Below are positions 11,287 through 21,567 of a DNA stretch of 64,000 nt, piece by piece. The stretch comes from Candidatus Poribacteria bacterium. Lineage in GTDB: Bacteria; Poribacteria; WGA-4E; WGA-3G. Positions within the stretch are counted from its first letter, which is position 1; the number at the start of each line of letters is the position of its first letter. Under the pieces are notes generated by a model, which worked only from the letters and a program-made list of their open reading frames with translations, was not told the DNA's origin and searched no databases. The stretch is from assembly GCA_964291315.2 (NCBI GenBank), contig OZ219753.1, positions 2,624,001-2,688,000 on the forward strand, read 5' to 3'. The position numbers were made by a program, and so were the translations under genes.

Positions 11287-12182
11287 TGTTGTGGGACATC
11301 TGGAACGCTCTTCTAAATTTCAAATATATTTCTATGGTCTGGATGGTCTTGGCGGTCATCAGTGCTATTATCGTCTATTTCCGCCTGACCATCCAAATGC
11401 GGAAGTTTACGGACGGCAGTGCCTATAGAAGCAAGAACGTCGATAGATTCTTCGTTATCTGGTGCTACGTCTTCATGTTTTCGATAGGTGGACTGATCGC
11501 CTTTCTCTTTTCAGATGTCTTCGGCTTGATGGGGTTGTCTTTAACCTTTATTATGACTCTCACGGGTTGGGGGATCCGAAATCCCGTTACAAACTTAGCA
11601 GCATGGTTACTAATTATTCTTAAGAGACCTTATCATATTGGAGATCGTGTCATCTTAAATACAATTATTGGCGATGTAGTGAACATCTCGGTTATGCATA
11701 CACAGTTAGAGCAAGTTGGAGGCACGATCGGCGGTGAAGAAAAGTCAGGTCGGAGTGTCCTGATTCCCAACCAACATCTTTTCAATTGGAACGTAATTAA
11801 CTACACACGGAACGGAAAATACATTCTCGATGAGATAATCCTTCGATTGACATATCGTTCCAATATAGCTCGCGCCGAACAAATTCTTCGTGAACAAGCA
11901 ACAGAAGTGACAAGAGACATATGTACTGAGACAGGTGAAACCCCTTATGTGTTATTTGAGTTCATTCCATCTGGAGTCGTCGGCAAGCTAAGATACCGTG
12001 TTATTGCTGCAAAACGGTAGCAAACCTCAACATTAATCGTGGAACGGATCTCCAAAGCATTTCTGGGCGAGGAGCGGATTGAGTTCGCCTACATGAAAAG
12101 TGAAGAACTATTAAGACCCAAGGAGGCACTATCGATGCCTCCACAATACCTATGTACCCAACAGCTTGATGAACACCATTAG
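11283..12182 (+). pseudogene. MscS-family channel paralogue, probably truncated by in-frame TAG at 12018
   Basis: KRPYHIGDRV..IPN MscS motif; the frame continues 53 codons after TAG (QTSTLIVERISKAF..IEFAY), resembling the upstream paralogue C-terminus. Confidence 0.72.
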
Positions 12183-12199
12183 CAGAGAAAGAACGTAAG

Positions 12200-13372
12200 A
12201 TGAACGAATGGATTCAACGATTAGCAGCTCTATTTGAAACTCCTATTATTCCATCAGATACTCCCGTAAAAGCCTGGCAAATTGTCGTGTTAATTTCGAC
12301 TTTGACGGTTTCCTTCGCACTTGCTGGACTTTTACGTGGATGGTTCCGCAGCATGTTTCATCGGCTCCGAATTTCACAAAACATCGAAGGCCGACTGCTT
12401 GCATTTCTCTTCCTCACTGTTATGGTTGTGGGAACTATTTTGGGATTACGGTTTGCAGGCATAGGAACAGGAATACTTACCAAATTCTTTCACTATCCGT
12501 TGACAAACCTCTTTCAGCCAGCTGCTGCCGACACAGCAGGCGGCGAGACAAACAACCTAACCTTAGCACGTCTGTTCTATGCGTTCGTGATTGTTTTCGG
12601 GATGTTCATTCTGTCGAAGTACGCACAATGGGCGCTACGGAAACAAGTGTTACAAGCGTTTCAAATTGCAGCGCATACCCAATTTGTCCTCCTCCGCTTT
12701 CTTCATTTCAGTCTTATCAGCCTGGGTGTTATTATCAGCCTGAGCGCTATCGGGGTAAGTTTCACGAGTCTTGCATTGATCTTCGGTGGGCTGAGTATCG
12801 GCATCGGTTTCGGTTTACAAAATATTGCATCCAATCTAATCTCAGGGTTTATTCTCATCTTTGAACGCCCTATCAAAATCGGGGACCTTGTCGAGATTAT
12901 GGACATTAATATTTTCGGTAGAGTTAGCAGTATCAACCTTCGTTCAACGATCATCGTCTCACTTGACGAGAAAGAGATTATCGTTCCCAATTCTCAATTG
13001 ATTACAGAATCCGTTCATAACCTCACACACGCAAATAACTTTTTCCGACTCAATGTCGATGTAGGAGTTTCCTACGGTTCGGACGTAGATCTCGTTAAGA
13101 GAGTGCTCCTTGAAGCAGCACACGAACATCCGCAAGTCATTAAAGAACCGAGATCTACTATGGAGAGCGTCACCGCCCCATTTGTTCGTTTCGTGAATTT
13201 CGGAGAGTCGTCCTTAAATTTCCGTCTATTGGTGTGGATTCCAGACTCTTTTCAGCGTTTTGATATTGCCAGTGACCTTCATTTCATGATCTGGCACAAA
13301 TTTCAAGCGTACGATATTAAAATCCCATTCCCACAACGCGATGTCCATTTTTATTCAACAGAAAACAGGTAA
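12200..13372 (+). CDS. MscS/MscK-like small-conductance mechanosensitive channel
   Basis: GIGFGLQNIASNLISG, ERPIKIGD, VPNS, VGVSYGSD, IPFPQRDVH. Confidence 0.93.
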   Translation: MNEWIQRLAALFETPIIPSDTPVKAWQIVVLISTLTVSFALAGLLRGWFRSMFHRLRISQNIEGRLLAFLFLTVMVVGTILGLRFAGIGTGILTKFFHYPLTNLFQPAAADTAGGETNNLTLARLFYAFVIVFGMFILSKYAQWALRKQVLQAFQIAAHTQFVLLRFLHFSLISLGVIISLSAIGVSFTSLALIFGGLSIGIGFGLQNIASNLISGFILIFERPIKIGDLVEIMDINIFGRVSSINLRSTIIVSLDEKEIIVPNSQLITESVHNLTHANNFFRLNVDVGVSYGSDVDLVKRVLLEAAHEHPQVIKEPRSTMESVTAPFVRFVNFGESSLNFRLLVWIPDSFQRFDIASDLHFMIWHKFQAYDIKIPFPQRDVHFYSTENR

Positions 13373-13495
13373 TGCTTGGTGATTAGCAGCCAGCTCACGA
13401 CTGCCAACAAGAGTTGTCTCGAAAGTGCGTTTCTATAGGAAGGCGATCAGGAAGCACTTAGATTAGGAAATCCATCCCCGAACTGCTGAATGGGT

Positions 13496-14137
13496 CTAAG
13501 AATGCCGGATGATGTTGCCCTTGACGAGATAGTAGACCTCTTCGCTGATGTTTACTGCAAGGTCCCCCACCCGTTCGAGATGCCGGAAGAGAAGAAGGAT
13601 GCTGATACCCGGTGGGACGAGTTTTGGATGTTCAGTTAGAATGGCCAAGAGTTCATAGAGCATCTTTTCATAGATATCATTAACCTCGTTGTCACGTTCT
13701 CGGACCTCTAAAGCGAGTTCAGCGTTACGATTGACGAGCGCGTCCAGTACATCTTTTACCATGGTCTGAATCACTTGTGCTACATACGGCAGATCCACGA
13801 AGGGTTTAACGGGCGGATACTCCAACAATTCAAGACTCCGTTTCGCAATAGCAACGCTCTTATCGGCAAGCCTTTCAATGTTGATACTAATCTTCATTGC
13901 CATCGTCAGAAAGCGGAGCTCAAAGGCGACTGGTTGATAGAGTGCGATCAGTTGGATACAGGATGACTCGATCTCGTTTTCAAACTGATCAATCTGATCG
14001 TCCGTATTAATCACCGTCTGTGCTAACGTCTCGTCTCGCGTTAAAACCGATTCAATGGCTTGACGTAGCATTTGCTCGGAAAGCCCCGCCATTTCCAAAA
14101 GTTTATGTTGAAGTTCTCTGATTTCGTTTGCTAACAT
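13496..14137 (-). CDS. phoU: Phosphate signalling complex protein PhoU
   Basis: DDQID..E, QPVA.ELR, ERLAD, ERVGD PhoU repeats; last gene of the pst operon. Confidence 0.95.
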   Translation of the reverse strand: MLANEIRELQHKLLEMAGLSEQMLRQAIESVLTRDETLAQTVINTDDQIDQFENEIESSCIQLIALYQPVAFELRFLTMAMKISINIERLADKSVAIAKRSLELLEYPPVKPFVDLPYVAQVIQTMVKDVLDALVNRNAELALEVRERDNEVNDIYEKMLYELLAILTEHPKLVPPGISILLLFRHLERVGDLAVNISEEVYYLVKGNIIRHS

Positions 14138-14166
14138 TTTTCAATTATCTGCTTCTGTGGTCTCGC

Positions 14167-14946
14167 TTATCCCATTCTGCCTGTTACGTACTGTTCGGTT
14201 CTGCTATCTCGTGGGTTGGTAAAAATTTTCTCCGTGGCCCCAAATTCAATCAATTCACCACCGTAGAGGAACCCGGCAACATCAGAGACGCGCGCAGCTT
14301 GTCTTCTTTTGTTAGTCGCAAAAATAAGTGTACAATCGTTTGCCAGCTCCCGCACAAGTGTCTCAATCTTAACAGTCTCAATAGGATCGAGCTCACCACA
14401 CGGCTCATCAAATATCAAAACTTCTGGTTCAGCGGTCAAAGCGCGTGCAATACAGAGCAGTTGTTGTTGTCCAGTGGACAACTGTTCAGCGGTTTCGTCC
14501 AAGATGTCCCTGACATCATTCCATAGCCCGGTCCTTCGGAGACTTTTCTCAACGACGCTATTCAACGCCGAGTCCCGCCTCACACCGGAAATTCGAGCCG
14601 CGTATGTCACATTTTCTTGTATAGAGCCTTGAAATAGAATCGGTTTTCGAAACACCATCCCGATTTTTTTTCGAACAGTTGTGGCATCCTGATCGACATA
14701 CAAAGATCTGCCCTTGAAAAGGATTTCCCCGGTGAACCTGAAATTCGGTGTAAAGTCGTTGAGTCGATTGAAACATCGGATGAGTGTGCTTTTGCCGCAG
14801 TTGGTGGGGCCCATAAGTGCGGTTACTCGTTTCCGTTGAATTTCAAAAGAGAGATTTCCGAGAATTTGCTTATCGGCATACCAGATATTTAGGTTACGAA
14901 CAGTGAGAATAGATTTCTTTTTTGCAGTCATCATAGCTGCTAACAT
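14167..14946 (-). CDS. pstB: PstB-like phosphate ABC ATPase (divergent, third copy)
   Basis: GPTNCGKST, LSTGQQQLLCIARAL, FDEPC, QAARVSD, FTNP..RTEQYVTGRMG; H-loop His replaced (ATNK). Confidence 0.85.
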   Translation of the reverse strand: MLAAMMTAKKKSILTVRNLNIWYADKQILGNLSFEIQRKRVTALMGPTNCGKSTLIRCFNRLNDFTPNFRFTGEILFKGRSLYVDQDATTVRKKIGMVFRKPILFQGSIQENVTYAARISGVRRDSALNSVVEKSLRRTGLWNDVRDILDETAEQLSTGQQQLLCIARALTAEPEVLIFDEPCGELDPIETVKIETLVRELANDCTLIFATNKRRQAARVSDVAGFLYGGELIEFGATEKIFTNPRDSRTEQYVTGRMG

Positions 14947-14973
14947 GTATAGAAGAAAAACGAAGGCCGTGTG

Positions 14974-15831
14974 TCATGCCAAAACAGAGGAATGTCTCTC
15001 AGCAAGGAAGCTTGAGAAAATACTCAATAGTAATGCGCAGCCTAAAAACAACACAAATTTGTCCAACATCTGTCCACATTGCGCGGGACGACTCCATATA
15101 TAGATACCGACGAACAACGCCGCGGCAGCAAGCGCACAAGACATTGCACGACATCCGCCTGAAAGTATCCCCGGGAGTGAAAGCGGCACGATATGCCCCA
15201 TTAACACTTGTCGTTGGTTAGCGCCGAGTGCATAAGCAGCTTCACGAATCGGTATCGGCACAGACCAGAGCGCCGCTTGTGTCGTCTTAATCGTCCTTGG
15301 CATCACTAACAAAATAAAGGTCAGTGTTGCGATGTAAAACAGGGACGTATCCCCTCGAAAAGTGCTTGTCTTTAAGGAAGAAGTGTCTAAACCTCCAAGG
15401 GCCAGAGGCACCTCAATCCCTGTGAAAACGCCACTATAGGGCAGAAAGATTGCGGCTGCTAAAAGTCCATATAAGATCGAAGGGACACTGCTTAAAATGC
15501 TGACATGACTCTCTATGAAACGCCGAACCCAGCTAGTTTCTCGAAGCCACTCCTCCACGTAAAAAGCACAGAGCACCGCAAACACAATTGCCAAAAAACT
15601 GATGTAGAGAAAAAAATAGAGATCGTTGAGCGGATTCGATGGCGGCTCCGACTCACGGACTACTGACGATAGTTGCACATCAGAGACGGGTAGTTTTGAC
15701 AGGACGTACCATATTGGAATGAACATCGCTCCCAATATAACGAGAGCTATACCCCGCAAAGCAAATTTTTGCCTCGGGTTTGAACGCATCATTAAGGTGT
15801 TCATAGTATCGGTCCCCTTATCAGATCTCAT
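14974..15831 (-). CDS. Divergent PstA-like phosphate ABC permease
   Basis: YVEEW, LSSVPSILYGL, EAA motif (REAAYALGA); C-terminal part diverged or shortened. Confidence 0.75.
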   Translation of the reverse strand: MRSDKGTDTMNTLMMRSNPRQKFALRGIALVILGAMFIPIWYVLSKLPVSDVQLSSVVRESEPPSNPLNDLYFFLYISFLAIVFAVLCAFYVEEWLRETSWVRRFIESHVSILSSVPSILYGLLAAAIFLPYSGVFTGIEVPLALGGLDTSSLKTSTFRGDTSLFYIATLTFILLVMPRTIKTTQAALWSVPIPIREAAYALGANQRQVLMGHIVPLSLPGILSGGCRAMSCALAAAALFVGIYIWSRPAQCGQMLDKFVLFLGCALLLSIFSSFLAERHSSVLA

Positions 15832-15921
15832 CTGTCAGTTATTAGTACCCACAAGAAGTATTTATAGTAGTTGTGTACGACTGACATAGCAAATGTTGAT
15901 CCTAAGAGACGAGGACTTCCG

Positions 15922-16707
15922 TTATCCGTATCGCATCTGTACATAATCCGCTGTTTTGGGGTGTTGTGGTGTCTGAAAAAGTGCTTGTGTCTCCTCGTGC
16001 TCAATAAGTTCCCCAAGAAACATAAAGATACACTCTTTGCTCACGCGTCGCGCTTGTGCCATGTTATGGGTCACAATTAAAAATGTGTATATCCCGGCAA
16101 GGGCTTCCATCAATTCTTCAACAGCCCGTGTCCCTTTAGCATCCAATGCTGAACACGGTTCATCCATCAGGATAATTTTCGGTTTCAGCGGTAACAGACG
16201 GGCGATACAGAGTTTCTGTTGTTGTTCAAGCTGAAGTGAGGTAGCACGCGCCTTCAATTTATCTTTCAAATCGTCCCACAAGAAAACGGAGGTCAGCGCT
16301 TCTTCAACAATTTGGTCTGATTCCGTTCGTACCAGACTCCGCAAAGGGGAGTGAATCCGCAAACCGAATAAGACATTCTCATAAACCGAGATCGGCAACG
16401 GATTCGGGCGCTGGAAGACCATGCCGACTGCTTTTCTGAGCTCTGGTAAAGAGACATCTGGATCGTAGATATTTTTACCGAGAACCTCAATTTTCCCGAC
16501 TGTGGTGACATTACCGTAACGCTCATTGACACGGTTAAAACAGCGGAGTAGGGTTGACTTGCCACACCCTGAAGGCCCAATAAGAGAAGTTATCTGACCA
16601 TCACGGATTTTCAGGTTGACATCAATAAGCGCTTGAAAATCTTCATACCAGAGATTGAGGTTTTCGGTTTGAACGCTATAATTTAAGGACATAATTTGTG
16701 TACTCAA
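15922..16707 (-). CDS. pstB: Phosphate ABC transporter ATP-binding protein PstB (degenerate signature)
   Basis: GPSGCGKST, FQRPNP, MDEPCSALD, VTHNMAQA; signature is LQLEQQQ. Confidence 0.9.
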   Translation of the reverse strand: MSTQIMSLNYSVQTENLNLWYEDFQALIDVNLKIRDGQITSLIGPSGCGKSTLLRCFNRVNERYGNVTTVGKIEVLGKNIYDPDVSLPELRKAVGMVFQRPNPLPISVYENVLFGLRIHSPLRSLVRTESDQIVEEALTSVFLWDDLKDKLKARATSLQLEQQQKLCIARLLPLKPKIILMDEPCSALDAKGTRAVEELMEALAGIYTFLIVTHNMAQARRVSKECIFMFLGELIEHEETQALFQTPQHPKTADYVQMRYG

Positions 16708-16779
16708 TTTCTCAACGTGTGTCTCTAGATCAGTTATAAGGTGTCTAAGTACTTGTGGACTGTGCCCTAAAAAACCAGT

Positions 16780-17565
16780 TTACCCGAAATTTCCATTGAT
16801 GTAATCATAAGTGGAACGGTTTGTCGGATTGGTGGAAAAGATTACATCTGTTCTATCAATCTCAACGAGATCACCGTTGAGCATAAAGGCGGTTCGGTCT
16901 GCTAAGCGTTTTGCCTGTTGAACGAGGTTGGTAACGAGAAGAATCGTCATTTCTGTACGTAAGGTTTTCAATACCTCTTCAATGCGCATCGTTGTAACCG
17001 GATCAATAGCAATAGAAAATTCATCAAGGCAGAGAATCTCCGGTTGATGTGAAAGGGCACGCGCGATTGTGAGGCGTTGTTGTTGACCGCCCGACAGCTT
17101 CGTACCGAGCGTATCTAGCCTGTCCTTGACTTCATCCCACAAGGCTGCTTGCTGCAGGCAGCGTTCGACGATCTCATCCAATTCCGATTTTGAGCGAATC
17201 CCTGCTGTCCGCGGCGCGAAGGCGACGTTATCGTAGATCGAAAGCGGAAGGCCTACGGGCAAAGGGAGCACCATACCGATGCGGCGGCGCAACCCATACA
17301 CATCGCTAATTGTGCTAATGTTTGCACCGTCGAGCTTTACAGAGCCTCCTACGGTCGTTTCTGCTGTCAATTCCAACGTTCTGTTGATAACTCTTAAGAG
17401 CGTGGTTTTACCGGACTGTGCAGGACCGATGATACCGAGAATTTCATTCTTATAAACATTAAAAGAGATGCCGTTCAGAGCATGTTTATCCCCGTAACGC
17501 ACCGTCAAGTTGTTAATTTCAATTAGAGGTTCGTTTCGTGCCCCGTTACTGCGATTCATGTTCAT
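16780..17565 (-). CDS. pstB: Phosphate ABC transporter ATP-binding protein PstB (degenerate H-loop)
   Basis: GPAQSGKTT, LWDEVKDRL, LSGGQQQRL, CLDEFS; H-loop VTNL. Confidence 0.88.
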   Translation of the reverse strand: MNMNRSNGARNEPLIEINNLTVRYGDKHALNGISFNVYKNEILGIIGPAQSGKTTLLRVINRTLELTAETTVGGSVKLDGANISTISDVYGLRRRIGMVLPLPVGLPLSIYDNVAFAPRTAGIRSKSELDEIVERCLQQAALWDEVKDRLDTLGTKLSGGQQQRLTIARALSHQPEILCLDEFSIAIDPVTTMRIEEVLKTLRTEMTILLVTNLVQQAKRLADRTAFMLNGDLVEIDRTDVIFSTNPTNRSTYDYINGNFG

Positions 17566-17570
17566 ACTTC

Positions 17571-18326
17571 TTATTCACTTTTCGGATTGCTAGATGCCGT
17601 AGTCCGATTTTCCTCTTTAGCTTCTTCTCCTATTTCGCGCTCCACACGTGCCTCGGTCAAAGCCGAGGCTAACAAACCAGAGGGAATTGCGATAAGTCCG
17701 ACACCAACAAGCGTGACAAGCGCAGTGAAAACCTTCCCACCCGCAGTTTCTGGGTAGACATCGCCATAACCGACGGTCGTCAATGTCACGACAGCCCACC
17801 ACATTGAATCGAGGATAGATCCGAAGGCTTCAGGTTGGCTATCTTTTTCAAAATAGTGGATCCCACATGCAGCGAGATAGACAAGCATCAGCGATAAAAT
17901 AACGAGCGCTAAGAGCTCCTGCTGGATACCCCGGAGCGCCGCTGCGAGCCGGTCCACTGCGAGAATAAAACGTGTCGCCTTGAAAATTCTGAAAACCCGT
18001 AAGAATCGGAGTACACGTAGCACACGAAACCCCGGGACAAGGAACAGAGAAGGCAAAATCGAAAGTAAATCAATTATGCCGTAGAAGCTAAGAACGAAGT
18101 CCCGTTTTTTGGTTTCAATGTAGACGCGAAGAGCATATTCTATTGAAAATAGAACAAAAAACACCCAGTCGAGCAGAATAAAAAGTGTCGCATATTCCGC
18201 TAACTCCCACACATGGCTATCGGCTTCGAGCACAAAGGTGACAGCGGAGGCAAGAATTAGAAACTGGATGACGGCGGTAAATATGTTACCTTCAATAATA
18301 TCGCGTAATTTCTCTTTTTTCGCCAT
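17571..18326 (-). CDS. Voltage-gated potassium channel (6TM ion transporter)
   Basis: S4 RVLRVLRFLRVFRIFK; selectivity filter TTVGYGD. Confidence 0.93.
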   Translation of the reverse strand: MAKKEKLRDIIEGNIFTAVIQFLILASAVTFVLEADSHVWELAEYATLFILLDWVFFVLFSIEYALRVYIETKKRDFVLSFYGIIDLLSILPSLFLVPGFRVLRVLRFLRVFRIFKATRFILAVDRLAAALRGIQQELLALVILSLMLVYLAACGIHYFEKDSQPEAFGSILDSMWWAVVTLTTVGYGDVYPETAGGKVFTALVTLVGVGLIAIPSGLLASALTEARVEREIGEEAKEENRTTASSNPKSE

Positions 18327-18368
18327 GAACGTCTCTTTCTATCAGGAGTAGCGTTCACGACACTACCT

Positions 18369-19286
18369 CTACCACTTCTTCCGGGTTCTAAGATAAACCC
18401 TCAGCACAATCGCAGCCGCGTTGACAAGTAGGACACTCCCTACAAGTGCTATTGCAGTCCCGTAGGGAATTCCTTCGCTAACATCCGGTACCTGTGTTGA
18501 AATTGTAAAAAGATGTAGAGATAATGCCATGCATTGTTCCGTTATATTATAGGCGAAAATATCTCCTTCTGCAATAGCTTTATAGAAGACTGCCCCGGTG
18601 AACATGATAGGGGCCGTTTCGCCAGCTGCACGCGATACTTGTAAAATAACGCCTGTCAGGATCCCACTAATTGAATTCGGGAGCACAATACGGCGAATCG
18701 TTTGCCAGCGCGTAGCACCAAGGTTCCAGCAGGCCTCTCTAAACGACATCGGCACCGCTTTAAGCGCCTCTGTGGTGCTAGCGATAATAACTGGAAGTGT
18801 CATGATTGCCAGTGTAAGCGAGGCCGCGAGTATCGACTCACCTAACCTTGCAAAAAGTACAAAGGCACCAACTCCAAACAAGGCATGAACAATACTCGGC
18901 ACTCCCGCAAGATTGACAACGGCCAAATTTGTGATACGTGTAAACCAATTTTCACGAGCATACTCGTTGAGATAGACTGCTGCGAATACACCGATGGGGG
19001 CTGACACCAATAGCGAGACCACTACCAAATAGATTGTCCCAAGAAAGGGGGCCCAAAGTCCACCTGCACGCATGTTGTCCTTCGGGTTCGTAAACAAAAA
19101 TTCCAAAGAGAGGACAGGCAGCGCCTTGTAGAGCAGGTAGCCGATAATGAGAAGCAACGGGATAATCATCAGGCTTGTTATTACAAGTAGAAGCACCCGT
19201 ACCCCATTTTCTATTTTCCGTTTTTGTCGAGCAACCGCTGTTTCCGTAAACATGGCGTGTGACGATGCCTGCGCGTCAGTGTTCAT
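18369..19286 (-). CDS. pstA: Phosphate ABC permease PstA
   Basis: YLNEYA, NLAGVPSIV, RAAGETAP. Confidence 0.95.
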   Translation of the reverse strand: MNTDAQASSHAMFTETAVARQKRKIENGVRVLLLVITSLMIIPLLLIIGYLLYKALPVLSLEFLFTNPKDNMRAGGLWAPFLGTIYLVVVSLLVSAPIGVFAAVYLNEYARENWFTRITNLAVVNLAGVPSIVHALFGVGAFVLFARLGESILAASLTLAIMTLPVIIASTTEALKAVPMSFREACWNLGATRWQTIRRIVLPNSISGILTGVILQVSRAAGETAPIMFTGAVFYKAIAEGDIFAYNITEQCMALSLHLFTISTQVPDVSEGIPYGTAIALVGSVLLVNAAAIVLRVYLRTRKKW

Positions 19287-19329
19287 ACGTCTCTACCTAC
19301 TTTTACAAAGACTCCTGTGTTATATTCCA

Positions 19330-20235
19330 CTATTCTTGACGGATTCCTTTGATAGCTAAATCAGCAATGAGATTCACAGCAAACGTGATAGTAAAAAGGA
19401 GAATACCGATAATAAAAAGGACTTGATAGTGTTCACCACCTCTAGCGACTTCCCCTAATTCTGCAGCGATTGTTGCTGTCAATGTACGGATCCAAGAGAG
19501 GGGCCCTGACGGAATGTTAACGGAATGCCCGGTCGCCATCAGGACAGCCATCGTTTCGCCGATAGAACGTGCTGCACCGAGCAGCACTGCTGCCAACAAT
19601 CCATTTTTCGCAGCAGGTAGAAGCACGCGGTAGACCACCTGCCATCGAGTTGCTCCGAGCGCCTCTGCCGCTTCCCGGTAGGAGTCAGGTACAGCTTTGA
19701 GGGCATCTTCAGCTATGGACACAATAATAGGAACGCTCATCAAAGCGAGCATGATGCTCCCATTTAGCATGGTTAAGCCGATGGGGGCGTTGAACACAGC
19801 AATAATCAGCTGATTCATCAGCGTCAACCCGATGAAACCCCACACAACCGAAGGGATAGCAGCAAGCAATTCAATGATAATTTTAAACATCTCTCTGAAC
19901 TTTGGACTACAGAATTCCGAGACAAAGATGGCTGCGCCTAGGCCAAAAGGAACTGCAAGACACATGGCTAAAACCGTAACGCTAAAAGTGCCTACAATTA
20001 AAGCGAAAGCCCCATATCGTTTGTTGTTCAGAGAAGTTGGTTGCCATTCTACACTTGTCAGAAACTCTTTCAAATCTAAACCGTTGAAGAGAAAACCTGC
20101 GCCCTCTCGAAATACAAAGAAAAAGATACCGAATACAAAGATAATCGAACTAATACCACAGAGACGGATAAATAATTCGATGGCTGTTTCAGAGAACGAC
20201 AGATCCGCAGTGCTTTTTTTGCGTAGAAAATTCAT
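19330..20235 (-). CDS. pstC: Phosphate ABC permease PstC
   Basis: ELLAAIPSVVWG, REAAEALGATRW, GETMAV. Confidence 0.95.
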   Translation of the reverse strand: MNFLRKKSTADLSFSETAIELFIRLCGISSIIFVFGIFFFVFREGAGFLFNGLDLKEFLTSVEWQPTSLNNKRYGAFALIVGTFSVTVLAMCLAVPFGLGAAIFVSEFCSPKFREMFKIIIELLAAIPSVVWGFIGLTLMNQLIIAVFNAPIGLTMLNGSIMLALMSVPIIVSIAEDALKAVPDSYREAAEALGATRWQVVYRVLLPAAKNGLLAAVLLGAARSIGETMAVLMATGHSVNIPSGPLSWIRTLTATIAAELGEVARGGEHYQVLFIIGILLFTITFAVNLIADLAIKGIRQE

Positions 20236-20241
20236 GTGTTT

Positions 20242-21171
20242 TTACGAGCTCTCTAACGGTACAAAACCGAGTTTCTCAACAATTGCCTGACCCGCTGCGG
20301 ATAGAATCCAATCAAGATATACTTTAATTTCGCCTATAGGTTCACCGAGGGAATACATGTATAGCGGACGAGCAATAGGGTAGGTCTTTGCAAGAACGTT
20401 TTCAAGGGTTGGCGGGTAATAAGGCGAATCCTCATCAACAGCAACCGCTAACATTTTAACGTGTGAGGTTGCATATCCCATTCCGCTGTAACCCATCGCG
20501 CACGGCGTTCTTCCAATTACCTCTACCACATCTTTTGAACCGTGCAAATCTAATGAGCCGATGCGAAAATCTCTGTTTTTCCCTAGAAGCGCCTCGCGAA
20601 AATAGAAGTAGGTGCCAGAATTAGACTGCCGACTGATGCGAATAATTTTGTCACTCGGACAGCGGCTATGTTTGATACCGAGCTGACTCCACCGGGTTAT
20701 CGTGCCTTTCTCACCATAAATTTCTGCAAGTTGTGGGATCGTGATTTTATCAAACGGCACATCGGGATGCACATAAACCGCAAGGGCATCGTAACCGACA
20801 ATAAATTCCTGTGGAACTTTACCCGTGTTTTGCTCCGCCTGCTCTAATTCTTTCGGTTTAATCTGGCGACTACAGTTGGCAATATCTACGGTTCCGTTGA
20901 TGAGCGCGGCAACGCCTGTGCCAGAACCACCACCTGATACTTCTACTGAAGCCCCGCTAGTCACACCGCTGTACATCTCCGCCCATGCTTGCGCGAGGTT
21001 CACCATTGTGTCCGAACCTTTGTTTTTGATGATGACATACGAAACCTCGCTACTTGCCTCATCTCCACTATCTTTGCCAGAACAACCGTTGATAACAAAT
21101 ACACACGCCAAAACGAGTATAATTTTTATGATTAGGTAACTGAACCAACTATCCCGCCGCATCCGCATCAA
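20242..21171 (-). CDS. pstS: Phosphate-binding lipoprotein PstS
   Basis: Lipobox INGC, KGSDTM, GGGSGTG, SGTY, YPIARPLY. Confidence 0.95.
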   Translation of the reverse strand: MMRMRRDSWFSYLIIKIILVLACVFVINGCSGKDSGDEASSEVSYVIIKNKGSDTMVNLAQAWAEMYSGVTSGASVEVSGGGSGTGVAALINGTVDIANCSRQIKPKELEQAEQNTGKVPQEFIVGYDALAVYVHPDVPFDKITIPQLAEIYGEKGTITRWSQLGIKHSRCPSDKIIRISRQSNSGTYFYFREALLGKNRDFRIGSLDLHGSKDVVEVIGRTPCAMGYSGMGYATSHVKMLAVAVDEDSPYYPPTLENVLAKTYPIARPLYMYSLGEPIGEIKVYLDWILSAAGQAIVEKLGFVPLESS

Positions 21172-21200
21172 TTTGCCTCTCTTGAAAGATTTTGAATTAA

Positions 21201-21233
21201 ATTATAACACCCAATTGTTACGAAAATAAGACA
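21201..21233 (-). promoter_or_regulatory. Pho-box promoter of the pst operon
   Basis: Minus strand TGTCTTA-N4-CGTAACA (11-bp period), then 9 nt, then TATAAT. Confidence 0.7.
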
Positions 21234-21355
21234 AAATTCGGAATTTTTGTAATTCGCTATCACAATCTGAAAAAAGGATGCCCAAAGTCCTTACCTGCTA
21301 ATGAAAAATAAACGAGTGAGCAGAAGAGGAAAAGAGGTCGAGAATTCTCTGATTT

Positions 21356-21384
21356 TTGACAATCAAACAGCTGCATGTTATAAT
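21356..21384 (+). promoter_or_regulatory. Consensus sigma70 promoter upstream of the R-M gene
   Basis: TTGACA-17-TATAAT. Confidence 0.7.
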
Positions 21385-21567
21385 AATGTTATTAACAAAT
21401 AAGAAGGTGCCGACAGCAGAACGCGGGGCATGCATTATCCCACTCAAATTGTAAATCTCATCAGCAGATAGCTTGGGTTTAGAAACGCTTTTTTACAAAA
21501 CCGAAAATCTCGACCGCCAGTTTGATGAATATCGCGCTTCAGGAAAATAATAGGACTGACATCTAAG

